A program made the position numbers and the translations under genes. From Lama glama (Eukaryota): a DNA stretch of 64,000 nt. The notes beneath the pieces are model-generated. The model did no database searches and had not been told where the DNA came from. It saw only the letters and a program-made list of their open reading frames with translations. The DNA lies in contig CM052816.1 of the NCBI GenBank assembly GCA_028534125.1, positions 47,246,001 through 47,310,000 of the forward strand, written 5' to 3'. Below are positions 53,206 to 64,000 of the stretch, in pieces. Every line of letters starts with the position of its first letter. The first letter of the stretch is position 1.

Positions 53206-55446
53206 TACAGCCCTGGTGAGCAAGTGAAATCCTGGTTTGCACCTGGATATTGCTAGTCACATTAAGCTACACGTGGGCTGGTTTATTTCTTAGCAAAATA
53301 TTTGTTTGTGTTCTTGTACATACGAACTTTGCCTCAGAACAGTGCATTTTCTGTGTCCTTTATCAGGGAAGAAGCAGCCATGACCCTGTGCCGTTTCCTC
53401 AGATTGGATGTTTTCTTTATTCAGGATATAACGGAAATTTCTGTGGAAAAAATTTACAAAGTAATATAGATGTTTAACTTCACTAATTATTACATGGTAG
53501 ATATTATCACGTGAGAAAGAGCAAGATACATTTTGATATATTTAAAGCTATTATTTCTAATTTGACAATTTTTGAAATTGATACAACAGAAGTTCTTTTG
53601 CTCACCAGCTGAAAACAAAATCCTATTTCATAGCTAAAATGTAAACAGCTAAGATGTAATTGGAGGACTAAATTTCACAGCTACCAAAACACAGCTGTGA
53701 AACATAACTTTAGAGTGTAATAAAGCCAAATAGCTTTGCCTGCTAATAATGGATATTACAAGTAAAGATAAGAATGACTATGTTAGAATATTTTAGTGTT
53801 TAAATACTTTAACTGATGTTACCGGTTTAACTGAGAATGTTCTCAAGTTACTTACCACATGTGCATCCAGTGCATGCCTGCTATGTGTCTCTTGCTAGGA
53901 ACTTGTGATACGGAGGTAATGTGACATTAAGTCATTCTTCAAGGAGTTTTTTTTTTATTATTATTATTACATAATATTTCCTGTGTTGAGTAATTTTTTT
54001 CCGATTGTAAATGCAAATTGGAAAAACAGTAGAAACTACAGGAAAAGACTACAAAAAGTAAACTATATGCTATTCCAAAGCCAACCGCTGTTAACATTTT
54101 TATGTTGTATTTTAAGTTTCCATTGACCTAATTCTGGTATTATTATTTCTGGCATCTTGCTGTATTTTATTAGTATTTTTTAACTGTGGAAATAACTCTT
54201 GCTGGCCAGTGTCAAGGTATATGTCAGTTGAATTTTTATACCTATGTTGGCCTGGGCTGAATTTTGGAAATTCATAGGAACTGTATATGATGTGTGTATG
54301 TCTGCATGTGTGTTAGGGTAGGGGTTGGGGGTTTTCTCTGGGATCAGCTCTTCCCTCATATTTGAAGGCCCCTTTAGACTGGAGGAAGAAACTGGAGAAG
54401 TAGCTGGAATTCCATGTAACTTAGTAGATATTAGTAGGATAAAGACCCTTTACGATATAACCGATAGGGTTTATATCCCCATTTGCACATTCTGTTTTTC
54501 TTTCTCAATTTTGTAATAAATTTTTTGGATTGTGATAAGTTTGGACTGAGGGGAAGTGGTTCTTACTAAAATCTGTTGAATAGTTTTATCATCTGTAAAT
54601 TAGGGTACATGAGCTACATGTTCTCAGTTTTCTTGAAGTCTTGAGTTTTGAAATTCTGTGGCTATTTTCTTTATTCGTATCCTGCATGTAAATAGATCTG
54701 TCCTGATAGATACCTTTACATACCTTTGATAATAATCTTTAAATCAATGTGAACTTCAAGTCTCACTGAAAATCTACAGTCTAGAATAATTATCTATAAC
54801 AGAGCTTTGCAAATTGCTGCCTGCAGATTAAATTATTAATCTTCTGAATCAGTAAACATGCTTTTCTTCAGATACTTAGATAAGTATGAATAAGAATGGT
54901 ATCACACTTACGATGACAAGAGGTATGGCTTTGGGAGACATGCCTGGATCATGTAAATCAGCTTCTTATTTCCCCCAGGATTATTCCTAAATAGAACTTA
55001 CTTAGGCTTGATTTCCAGAGACCAGCTAGATCTGCATCAGGTAAATGTCACATCTACTGCCATGAGAGAAACTAGGGTGTAAGAATGACACTGTGAGCCT
55101 GGCAAGATTCATCTTGAGTGACTCAGGCAGGAGCATTTTCAATTAACGTGGGGATCCTCTGTGATAGAAACCAGGCCAGGAAAGCCATGAGCTTTTGGTA
55201 TTATAAGGTTGGATGTATGATTTCACAAGGAATAGGGGTCAAAGTCATGTTAATAGTTGATAGCTACATTCCTCATGAAGAACAGAGAGGGCCTTGCTGA
55301 AGGAGACCAGGCCGTGGTGTCTCTGGAAGAAAATAAACCCACTCTGTGAGAAGGGGTGCAACCTTCAGGTATTTAGGAGGGAAGTGAGTTGCAACATTAT
55401 GGACGAAGACTGTCCTAACTGACCTTGGAATACCCTTCCTTTCCAG

Positions 55447-55740
55447 AGATGGCTAACTCAGCGGACGTCTAAGCAGAGACAGCCCTCTCTGATTTCCCAG
55501 CGAAGACTGAGACGGCAGAGTCTGCAAAACAGAAGACGAGGCCGGGCCCGGGACGCAGGGGTCCTGAGAGGACAAGCCCATCCCGAGCGGAGAGCAGAGA
55601 GCGCCTGACCAGGGCCTGAAGGGGACCCAGCGCCGACTGCGAGGGTGGCGGGGAAAGAGAGGGAGAGCGCCCACGAGGGACGACCTCCGAAGGCCCAGAC
55701 TGGGTGACGGGGCCTCACTCAGGCGCTACGGAAGGTCCAG
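55447..55740 (+). other. Small GC/CpG-rich exon-like block ending in a strong splice donor
   Basis: CpG-dense ~290 nt block; CAG|GTGAGT at 55740/55741; upstream ccttcctttccag acceptor-like site; stop codons in all three + frames. Confidence 0.45.
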
Positions 55741-55873
55741 GTGAGTGTAGACTTTAGTAACCTTGACCTCTGGGACTTGCTGCTCCGGGACAGCCCTTGA
55801 CCCCTTGACAGAAGAACTCTAAAGTGTCCGTCAGAGTTTAACCTGTGTCGTTCTGGTGAAAGGGTTCTGGATG

Positions 55874-57648
55874 GCAGAGAATTTTTTCATTCCTTCCAGA
55901 TACAAGAATGAATATCAGTTTGGATCTGAGCGAGGACCAGTCTGCCCATTTGTAGACTGCCAGCCAGGGGCTGCCCATCCTGAGCAATCATGCAGCCCTT
56001 TCTTCTGATTTCTCCCTTGGGTGTGAGTTTGACTCATCCTCTGCTGGACAGAAAGGGGCCTCCTGCTCTCTGTTCTAAAGAACCTTGAAACTGTCCATTT
56101 GATGGGAAATTACCAGGCATTTGAGATGATTGGAATTGAATTGAGGTTTTCTTTCTGAAGTAAACAAAATATTTAAAAGATTATTGAAAATAATTTAATT
56201 TTTGAGAGAAATCATCGCTGTGTATCAGCAACACATAGAAAACATAACTTGTCTTTTATTTATTCCTATAGCCTTTTAATTGTCATCATGGCATTAATTA
56301 TTCTGATGCTATCAAGGAGAATGGAAATGTACCAAATCCTTTTGGTCTAGAAAATATTGTAAAAATTACTTTCTGAGGTTCAGATGATTTGGGGGAGATG
56401 TTAAAAACTGCAGTGTATTTAGGTACCTCGGTTCCATTTTTCTTTTGGACCTCTCCCTGCCTGCTGGGCCAACGGAACTAAGGTGACAGCCTACATGTAG
56501 GCACCTACCACACACCGGTAGGGTCAACACACTACACAGCGTTATACTGGAATGTCTGTGAGAACTGTTCCAGACAATAATGGCTTCTGGAGAAGGCTGA
56601 TAAGTCATTTACAAGTTTGTATGTTTAGGCAGAGGTTGACCTTCAAGTAACTGATCAATTAAAAAATTGATTTAATGGAAATTAGTCAAACATATATAAT
56701 AGGATAAATTATCGAGAAGAAGATATTAGGCTGAACCACATGAACTAAGAAAATGGCAGTTTTGTGTTTCAAGTTAATATATAAATGGTCTCTTGATTTT
56801 TTTTTCCTGTTTTCTATTTATCCTACTGAAGTTTTCCCAAGAGAAAAAAGGTATTTCTTTCTCCACTCCTGGAAGAAGAAACCAGCATGGTATTTCTAAA
56901 GATCTTAGATGTCCTTCTTGGCTTTCTCTTACTCAGTTTTCTTCTTTTGATTTTTAGATCCATTAATGCCTTACAGCAGGGAAAGATAGAAGCGGGTGTT
57001 TGGAGTTGAGTTTAGGAGGGGAATAGCAGATCTTCCTCATTCTAGAATAGAGAGAAGGGTCGTGGAAGGCATGATGTGTGAGAGAGAGGACCTGTGCCGC
57101 TCTGCCACACGTTGCCGTGTGAAGGAGCAGGACCTCTCAGGCAGTGGTGAGAAGATGCTCAGGTTCTGGAGTCTCAGGGGACCATGGAGAAAGGTCTCCA
57201 TGCCCCGGCTTTGGAAATTGCTTTTGAATAAATGATATGGGCCTGGTAAATACAATGCACTCAAGACTGGAGGCCTTTCCTCACATTTTACAGGCTATAT
57301 TCCTGTATGACCCTAGGAAGAATTTTTAAAACAAGAGTTAGTTTATAAGGCTGCTGTGGTTACCACGACACCACCAACGTGTAAGATGTAATTTGAATTT
57401 TCCCTTGATTTTAGCAGGTATGATATTCTATAGGTGGAATTTTGAGACTACTGGTTCATGATCAGGTTGTATGATCACCATGAGTAAAATGTAGGACCAT
57501 AATATAACTGACTGAATTTTTCACTAATTTTTCTTAATTGTAGTTCCTGTTCTACTATGGGGCTCACATCTGGTGAGAAATTTTCTTAAGCCCCAACTGG
57601 AATACATAGGATAGCAGAGAATTTTTTCATTCCTTCCAGATACAAGAA
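55874..57648 (+). repeat. Perfect 35 bp direct repeat (55874-55908 and 57614-57648)
   Basis: gcagagaattttttcattccttccagatacaagaa occurs twice, 1740 bp apart. Confidence 0.95.
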
Positions 57649-58279
57649 GTAGTCTGGGAAACTGGCCGACATACTGACATTTCATGGGCATTTTTACTTT
57701 TTTGTTTTCACAACGATGGGTAGAATATTTAATATTGTTCTAGTGTTCTAGGCAAGCCAAGGAATAGAGCAGTCAATCATGTTGCCTTGATTTTTCTGTC
57801 TGATTTTCTCTGAATGTGATGGTATAGACAGAACTTATTGTTACCCCTATTCATTTTTAAAACTTATTTTTGGAGGAGGGCCGACCTTGTTTATTGTCAT
57901 AAAAGGTGGTTACTATGTGGGTGTGACTTAAGCGGCATCCTGAAGGAGTCTGGACCAAAATATGTCTCCCACTGTTTCCTTAAACTCCACTTTAAGTGAC
58001 TCATTTCCATATGTTGAACATATTTTTTTCCTTTCTTTTGCTGCTGTTGTCCTCTCTTAACAACTCAGTGTGAATAATTTTTATCAGAATTCCTGATTCC
58101 TATTAGACTCAACCAATATAAAAAAGCAATAAGCCTAAGTAAAGAGGTGAGAAGGCACAGAAAGGAGAAGAGGGAGAGAAATTGATTCTGTTACTTTACT
58201 GTGTGAATATTTCAAACACCCATGTTAGAGGCCTCATGGATTTTCTGTCTTCAAAAGAAATTTTAAAATCATGCTAAAA

Positions 58280-58491
58280 GCTCTACCATGTATAATATAA
58301 ACAACAAGATCCTGCTGTATAGCACAGGGGACTATATTCAACATCTCATAATAGACTATACTGAAAAAGAATATGAAAAGGAATATATATATATATATAT
58401 AACCGAATCACTGTGCTGTGCACCTGAAATTAACACATTGTAAACCAACTGTACTTCAATTAAAAAAAAAAGTCAAAGAGATCTTAACAAA
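58280..58491 (+). mobile_element. 5'-truncated young L1 (cetartiodactyl-type 3' end) with 15 bp TSD
   Basis: aaacaacaagatcctgctgtatagcacaggggactatattcaa...gaatcactgtgctgtgcacctgaaattaacacattgtaa...poly(A). TSD aaaatcatgctaaaa at 58265-58279 and 58492-58506. Confidence 0.9.
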
Positions 58492-58777
58492 AAAATCATG
58501 CTAAAACCAGTTTGCAAGTATGGCATGAGGTAATGATGTAATATTGTTTTCCTGTTACTATAGGAACTCTTTTATTAGAATTTAAAGAGAGTTTTTCTTC
58601 GACTGTAAAGATGGGGACCACGTCTGGTGTGAACTGTCTATACAGTGTTTGTCATGAACTTCAAGGTGCTATGCTACATCTTTCAATATTTGCACATGAA
58701 TGTATTCACAGAATCCTGCTCTTCTATGACTTTTGACATTCTTGACTCCTCTGAAATTTGTTGTTGTTTGTCTAACT

Positions 58778-59285
58778 ATTTTATTTTTCCCTCCAGCTTA
58801 ATTGAGATGTATTTGACATATAACGTGAAAGTCTCAGGTGTACAACTTGTTGATTTGATATATATTTTGCAAAATGATTATCGGCAAACACTTCCACCAC
58901 CTCACATAATTACTATTTCTTTTTTGCCATGAGAATATTTAAGATTTACTTTCTTAGCAGCTTTTGAACACATAACACAGTATGGTTAACTATAGTCACA
59001 TGCTGTACTTTGGATTCCCTACAGCTTATTTATCTTTCAACTGGAAGTTTGTGCTTTTTGACTGGCCTCTCCCCGATTTCCCCATCCCTCTCCTCCAAGG
59101 AACCACTCTTCTGGTCTCTGTTTCTATGAGTTCAGTCTTTTTTTTTTTTTTTAGATTCCACATATAAGAGAGATGACACATGTTTGTCTTACTCTGTCTG
59201 ATTTATTTCACTTGGCATAATGCCTGCAAGGTCCATCTATGTTGTCACAAATGGCAGGATGTCCTTTCCCATGACTGAATGATAT
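58778..59285 (-). mobile_element. L1 3' UTR fragment (L1MA9-like)
   Basis: cagcttaattgagatgtatttgacatataac...ttagattccacatataagagagat...atttcacttggcataatgcc. Confidence 0.85.
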
Positions 59286-60544
59286 GTTCAACTATTTCCT
59301 GATTTCTGTTTCAGATTTCCTGGTCTCACATTAGTACACATTCAAATGCTTGTTTGTATCCTTAAAAGCTAAGTGGATGTATTTCAGTCAGAAAATACAC
59401 CACCACATTCATTAAGGATTAATTTAAAATGCTGTATAAAGATGGCAAGATTTTTTTTTCTTCCTTAGTCTGGTAGAAAATATACCAAAAGATTTTAGTT
59501 TTCTGCATTGAGAAGAAATTAATTTAGCATCTCATTAATATTCTAATCAGAAGTCTGCAATTTCCTTGGAACACATTCCTTTCTTCTGTTTTTTAGCATG
59601 TTGAAATGTGTGTTTAGTGGAAATGTACATTTTACTGTGAACTGTGAAGTCTGTTCCAAGTGAGCCACCATCCAGACTTTTCTCCCTGTGACCCTGTGGG
59701 CCCTTCGGGGGTAAGAACATGCCCTATTCATCTTCCTAGCTCCAGAGCCCAGCCCAATGTCTAGCGGACTCGACGTGCATATCCTTGACATGCTGAATCA
59801 GTGGCTTTGTGGTGATGTGACAGGAGTACATAGGCATGGTTAGGTAAGAAAATACAACATGGGTAAAAGCCAATACTCAACTCTGTGAAAACTTCGTGAT
59901 TTTTATCCATATATTAGGCTATTGTTGTGAAAATACTGCATGAAAATATAATGTAGATTTAAATATACTTGCTTAGATACTTGTAATTATATTTGAATAT
60001 ATTTGCACTGTAATTTAGGAATAATTTTAAAATTCAGACAAGCATAATCAATTGATTAAATATAACTTATTATTAAATGTCTTGGTCTTTGGTGACTTTT
60101 TATGAACAAGAGTGATTTGTTGGGAAGATAATTATTTTTAAATATATGAATATTTGATTCTGATAGCTTATCCTTTACCATCTGGTATTGCACCATTAGT
60201 TTTCATATATATTCGTGTATCATCTCTCCAGCTAGGTTGTAGATTTGTTGAGCGTGCCAGGGTTCTTAGTAACTTCCTGCCCCAGCCATGGTAAGCAGTC
60301 AGTAACATTTATCAGATGTTCCTATTGGGTTCTTGATTCACGGAGTGGTTTTGTATATGACCTTCTGTGTGTTTCCCCAAATGTAAAATTCGGAGACGGA
60401 TGCCTTTTCTACACTATTCATATAAAGTTTATATTTATGCTTTGAGTCCTGTAAGAATGGTTTTGTAACGGTAAAAATTAAAATAAGAACAGCCATTTTA
60501 GCAGTCTTGCAAGTACATTTTTACCATGTGCACTTGAAAAGAAT

Positions 60545-60760
60545 AAGATGCAGAAGCGTTGGTGCTGTGACTGGCTTTGGAACCCTGGTTGTGCTACCCC
60601 TTGTGCCTGGGGGATGATGCTCAAGTTCTCTGAACTCCTGTTTGCTCTCCTATAAGTGGAATTTGCAGTTTCTTTCCTTATTGTGTTGTTGTGACGCTAA
60701 ATTTGATGACACATGTAATTCTTAATGGTGCGCCCAGCATATGACAGATGTTCCTCTACA
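60545..60760 (+). mobile_element. MIR SINE
   Basis: ctctgaactcctgtttgctctcctataagtgga...gttgttgtgacgctaaatttgatgacacatgtaa. Confidence 0.6.
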
Positions 60761-61444
60761 GTCATGAGTATTTTCCCCTGCCCTGACTTTCTGTCTTGTT
60801 CCCTTCGCAGTCTGACTGATCTCTGTAAAATGGCTCTGCCTTGAATCAGCATTTCCCCATAAACTCCAGACCTACATTTCAGTCACCTTCCAGAGATCTA
60901 TATGCTGTAGCCTTACTTGCCCCTAAAACTCACCCTGGCCAAACCAGAGTTAACTTTTCAGCCTATTCTTTTTTTTCCCTTCCAGAATTCCTTATTTGTT
61001 ACTGAAATCACTGTTCTGGAGTCCAAAGACAATGGACTTGGTTTTACTCAATCACTTTCTTTTTCTTGTTCTCTACATTTAATTTTTTGAAGTTCAGGAG
61101 AACTGATTTTGTGTATCAGAGTAGAAAGCTACCTATCTCCCCTGTCCCCAAACAATGCCTAAAGGTGGGGCCAGTTGCTGGATGAGGTCAGCGTCTTCCG
61201 AGTCTGGTCCTGTTTCTGTCTACAGCCCCCAGGTTCAGGACTCTCCCCAGACATTGCTGGGTAAACATTGACCATTTTTAGTTTTACTATAAGAGAACTT
61301 ATTATATACAATGTTGCCAATCAGCCCATGGGATTTTAGATTTTAATTTTATATCATGTCTTTATCTTGCCGGCATCCTATTAATTCCAGAACCATTGAC
61401 ACCATCACAGCAATTATTACCTTTCATCAGTGTCATTGTGGTGA

Positions 61445-61960
61445 CCTCTGGTCTCAGGTTGCTTTGATTAAAACTAACAAAAAAATTAACAGAGAACTAA
61501 CAGAAAAGAAAAAAAAAACCTAAACATAGCTTAAATGAAAGGGATTTAATTTTCCTTCCATTTTAAGAAGATCCTAAGTAGGAGGCTCTAAGGTTGCTTT
61601 AATATTTCAGCAGTGTCAGGGGTCTGGGTTGGCATTCTGTGACTCCCTTGACTTCCCCTCATGGTCACAGTATGGCTGTAGCAGCTTTAAGCATCGGGTT
61701 CTCCAAGATGAGGGCACAAGAGCACTTAACAGCAGGAAGGGAGGGGGAGAATTTTTGACTCCTGTGTCTTTCTTATAAAGGAAGAAAAGCTTTCCCAGAT
61801 AACTCTTGAAAGTCTTCCCTTGACATCTTATTAGCCAGGTCTGTGTCAATTTCCTCTATCCTAGTGCAGGAGTAGCTAGGATGGTGCGTATCTGCTATTT
61901 TTTGTCTCATATTTGTTAGTGAAAAAGAAGAAGACTGGGAAAGCTCCCAGGTAGGTACTA
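61445..61960. mobile_element. Old MaLR LTR (MLT1K-like)
   Basis: ccctcatggtcacagtatggctgtagcagct...aaagctttcccaga...cccttgacatcttattagccagg. Confidence 0.6.
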
Positions 61961-62461
61961 TTCAAATGCACCCTGAATTTCTGCCAAATGTGCTTCCCTG
62001 AGCACACTTCTAAAGAAAATGTCATCTCCCTGGTCTTAAATGTTCAGTAGCTTCTATTTCTAGTGAATACAGTCAATCCAGCTGCTTTTTCCCCTTCTGC
62101 TTTATTAGTAGAGTGGCTATTTGGTGAATTTGAAACAGATCCAGTTCACCCCTATGTTCACACCTTTGCTCATGACATTTTCTCCTTTTAGAGTCTTTTC
62201 TCCTCAAAATCCCTTTGAATACCAACGTAGACAGCAGTGCTCAGCTCTAAAGCTGCCTTCTCTATGAAGTCTTCCCAGCTTCCTTCCATCAGCTGTGATT
62301 TCTCTTTTCTCTCAACTTCCTCAGCAGCACTTTCTGTCCACTATAGAACCTGTCCACCCATGGATTTAACATTTGAATTTTAATTAGTCACAAGACCCTA
62401 AAAAGGTCCAGTTCAAAGGCATTTTCATCATTGCTGAGGTACAGTCCAAATCTTGTCTCTT

Positions 62462-62604
62462 TTTGTTTGTCTGTTTGTTTTATTTTGTTTTTTTGCAGGG
62501 GCAAGTAAATTAGGTTTACTTCTTTAACCAGAGATCTGGGGATTAAACCCAGGACGTCGTGCATGCTAAGCACAAACTCTACTACTGAGCTACACCTCCC
62601 CTTG
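62462..62604 (-). mobile_element. Vic-1-like tRNA-derived SINE (camelid) with 16 bp TSD
   Basis: ctggggattaaacccaggacgtcgtgcatgctaagcacaaactctactactgagctacacctcccc, with aaattaggttta linker and T-rich tail. TSD ccaaatcttgtctctt at 62446-62461 and 62605-62620. Confidence 0.9.
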
Positions 62605-62959
62605 CCAAATCTTGTCTCTTGCAAAGCTGGGTGTGCAGTAGTGAATTTTCTCACTGGGAAGTGAGTCATGGGCTGCCTAGTATCTAGGCTCCAGCAAGGC
62701 TTCACTGTTCTTTCTTTGTTGTAATACAGACAGTAAGTTTTGTGAACTTATTAAAAGCTGTGCTCCTTTGTGGAAAATGGCTGTTAATCGAGAGATAAAA
62801 CTTTAGATGAAAGTTGAAAAGGCAGTTAACTTTTGGTTTGAGGAGAGGAACAGGAAATGGGTAATTCTCCAGAAAAATGTGACTAATGAGATTGCCAGGA
62901 GCTGGGAAAAATACTTGCATATTCTTGAGCTTGTGGTGTAGACAGTTTCTTATCTTGTA

Positions 62960-63345
62960 TTACAAATATTTATGTACAATACCCCTTGAAGACGGTTAGA
63001 TTTTGGAAGGCAGGGAGTAAATCACATGATGTAGTGTGGTGGCTCTGGAGACAGAATTAAAATTAAGTTGTAAGTCTGTCAGCTCCTCAAGACTATGTGA
63101 CCTTTGGGAAGATACTTGACAATGTGAGTCTTTTGTTTCCCCATCCTTAAAGTGATGGTAAAAGTACCCACCTTACAAGGTACTTAGAGTTATTAAGTGG
63201 AAGAATATCTGAAAAAGTGCTATGTGACATGTAAAACTATAGATGGTTAAATAATTACCATTATTTATATCCCCGTAACATCTGTCATGAGAGCACACAC
63301 TCAGAAAAGACTTATTTAATGACTGAATGAATGAGTGAATGTGTG
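62960..63345 (+). mobile_element. MIR inserted within an L2 3' end
   Basis: ctatgtgacctttgggaagatacttgac...gtttccccatcc (MIR), flanked by ttggaaggcaggga and tgaatgaatgagtgaatg (L2 tail). Confidence 0.6.
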
Positions 63346-64000
63346 AACGAAAAATTAGTACAATGACCTAATTATAAGAATAAAAATACTTGTCTTCCCA
63401 TAACAGAGTCTCTGAGGTTCTAAGGCATTTTATTTGCTTGCATTACCAAAATATGAAAATCAATAAAAATCATTACTGAGAATTAAATACCAGTAGATTA
63501 TATCAACTTTAATATGAAGCTAAATTTCTTCTTTGAAGACCTGGGCTATTCATAAACCTCTGGGGCTGCACTTCCACCACTGACGGCAACATTGGAGTCC
63601 TTCACGTGCACCACAGCTTTGTAGTTCCTGTGGGACTATCCATTATTCCGTGGATCCATTATCGTCTATAATTCTCTTTAAAAACCTAGTAACATTTACT
63701 TTAAGAAGCCTGTGCTATATATTGTCTTCAAACATAACCTTTTCTGCATCTTTCTTGAGTGTTGAGATTTTTAAGCGATCTGGGATCGTTCGACTGGTAG
63801 TTCAGATTCACACCTCTCCAAGCTAAGGAGTTGGGTGCTGTCATCCTGGCTAGGAAGGCATCGGAGACCACAGGAATCCATGGATGGCTTCACACTGCCG
63901 CTGGGCAACCCAGACCTAGCAGGCTGCGATGCCAGTGCTGCCATGAGCTGGTCTGGGTGGGCATTACATGGCATTACATTCTACGACCAACTGTAACAAA

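Overview
AT-rich mammalian genomic DNA, probably camelid (inferred from two Vic-1-like tRNA-derived SINEs). The first 15 kb holds the last seven coding exons of TMEM161B on the + strand (probably exons 6-12). All have GT-AG boundaries with matching phases, and the stop codon is at 14765-14767, followed by the 3' UTR. The rest is gene-poor DNA with many old and some young repeats (MIR, L2, L1, MaLR, hAT-Charlie). There is an orphan CpG-island cluster at about 39.9-45.3 kb carrying REST, CTCF, octamer/MORE, CCAAT and GC-box motifs, and a small GC-rich exon-like block at about 55.5 kb. I found no second protein-coding gene and nothing I can honestly call a new biological system. The best leads are the neural-type orphan CpG island, a putative spliced ncRNA with a duplicated splice acceptor, a ~110 bp inverted duplication abutting an L1 fragment, and a Roquin/Regnase-type stem-loop in the TMEM161B 3' UTR. 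Repeat family names and boundaries were assigned by eye and are approximate.
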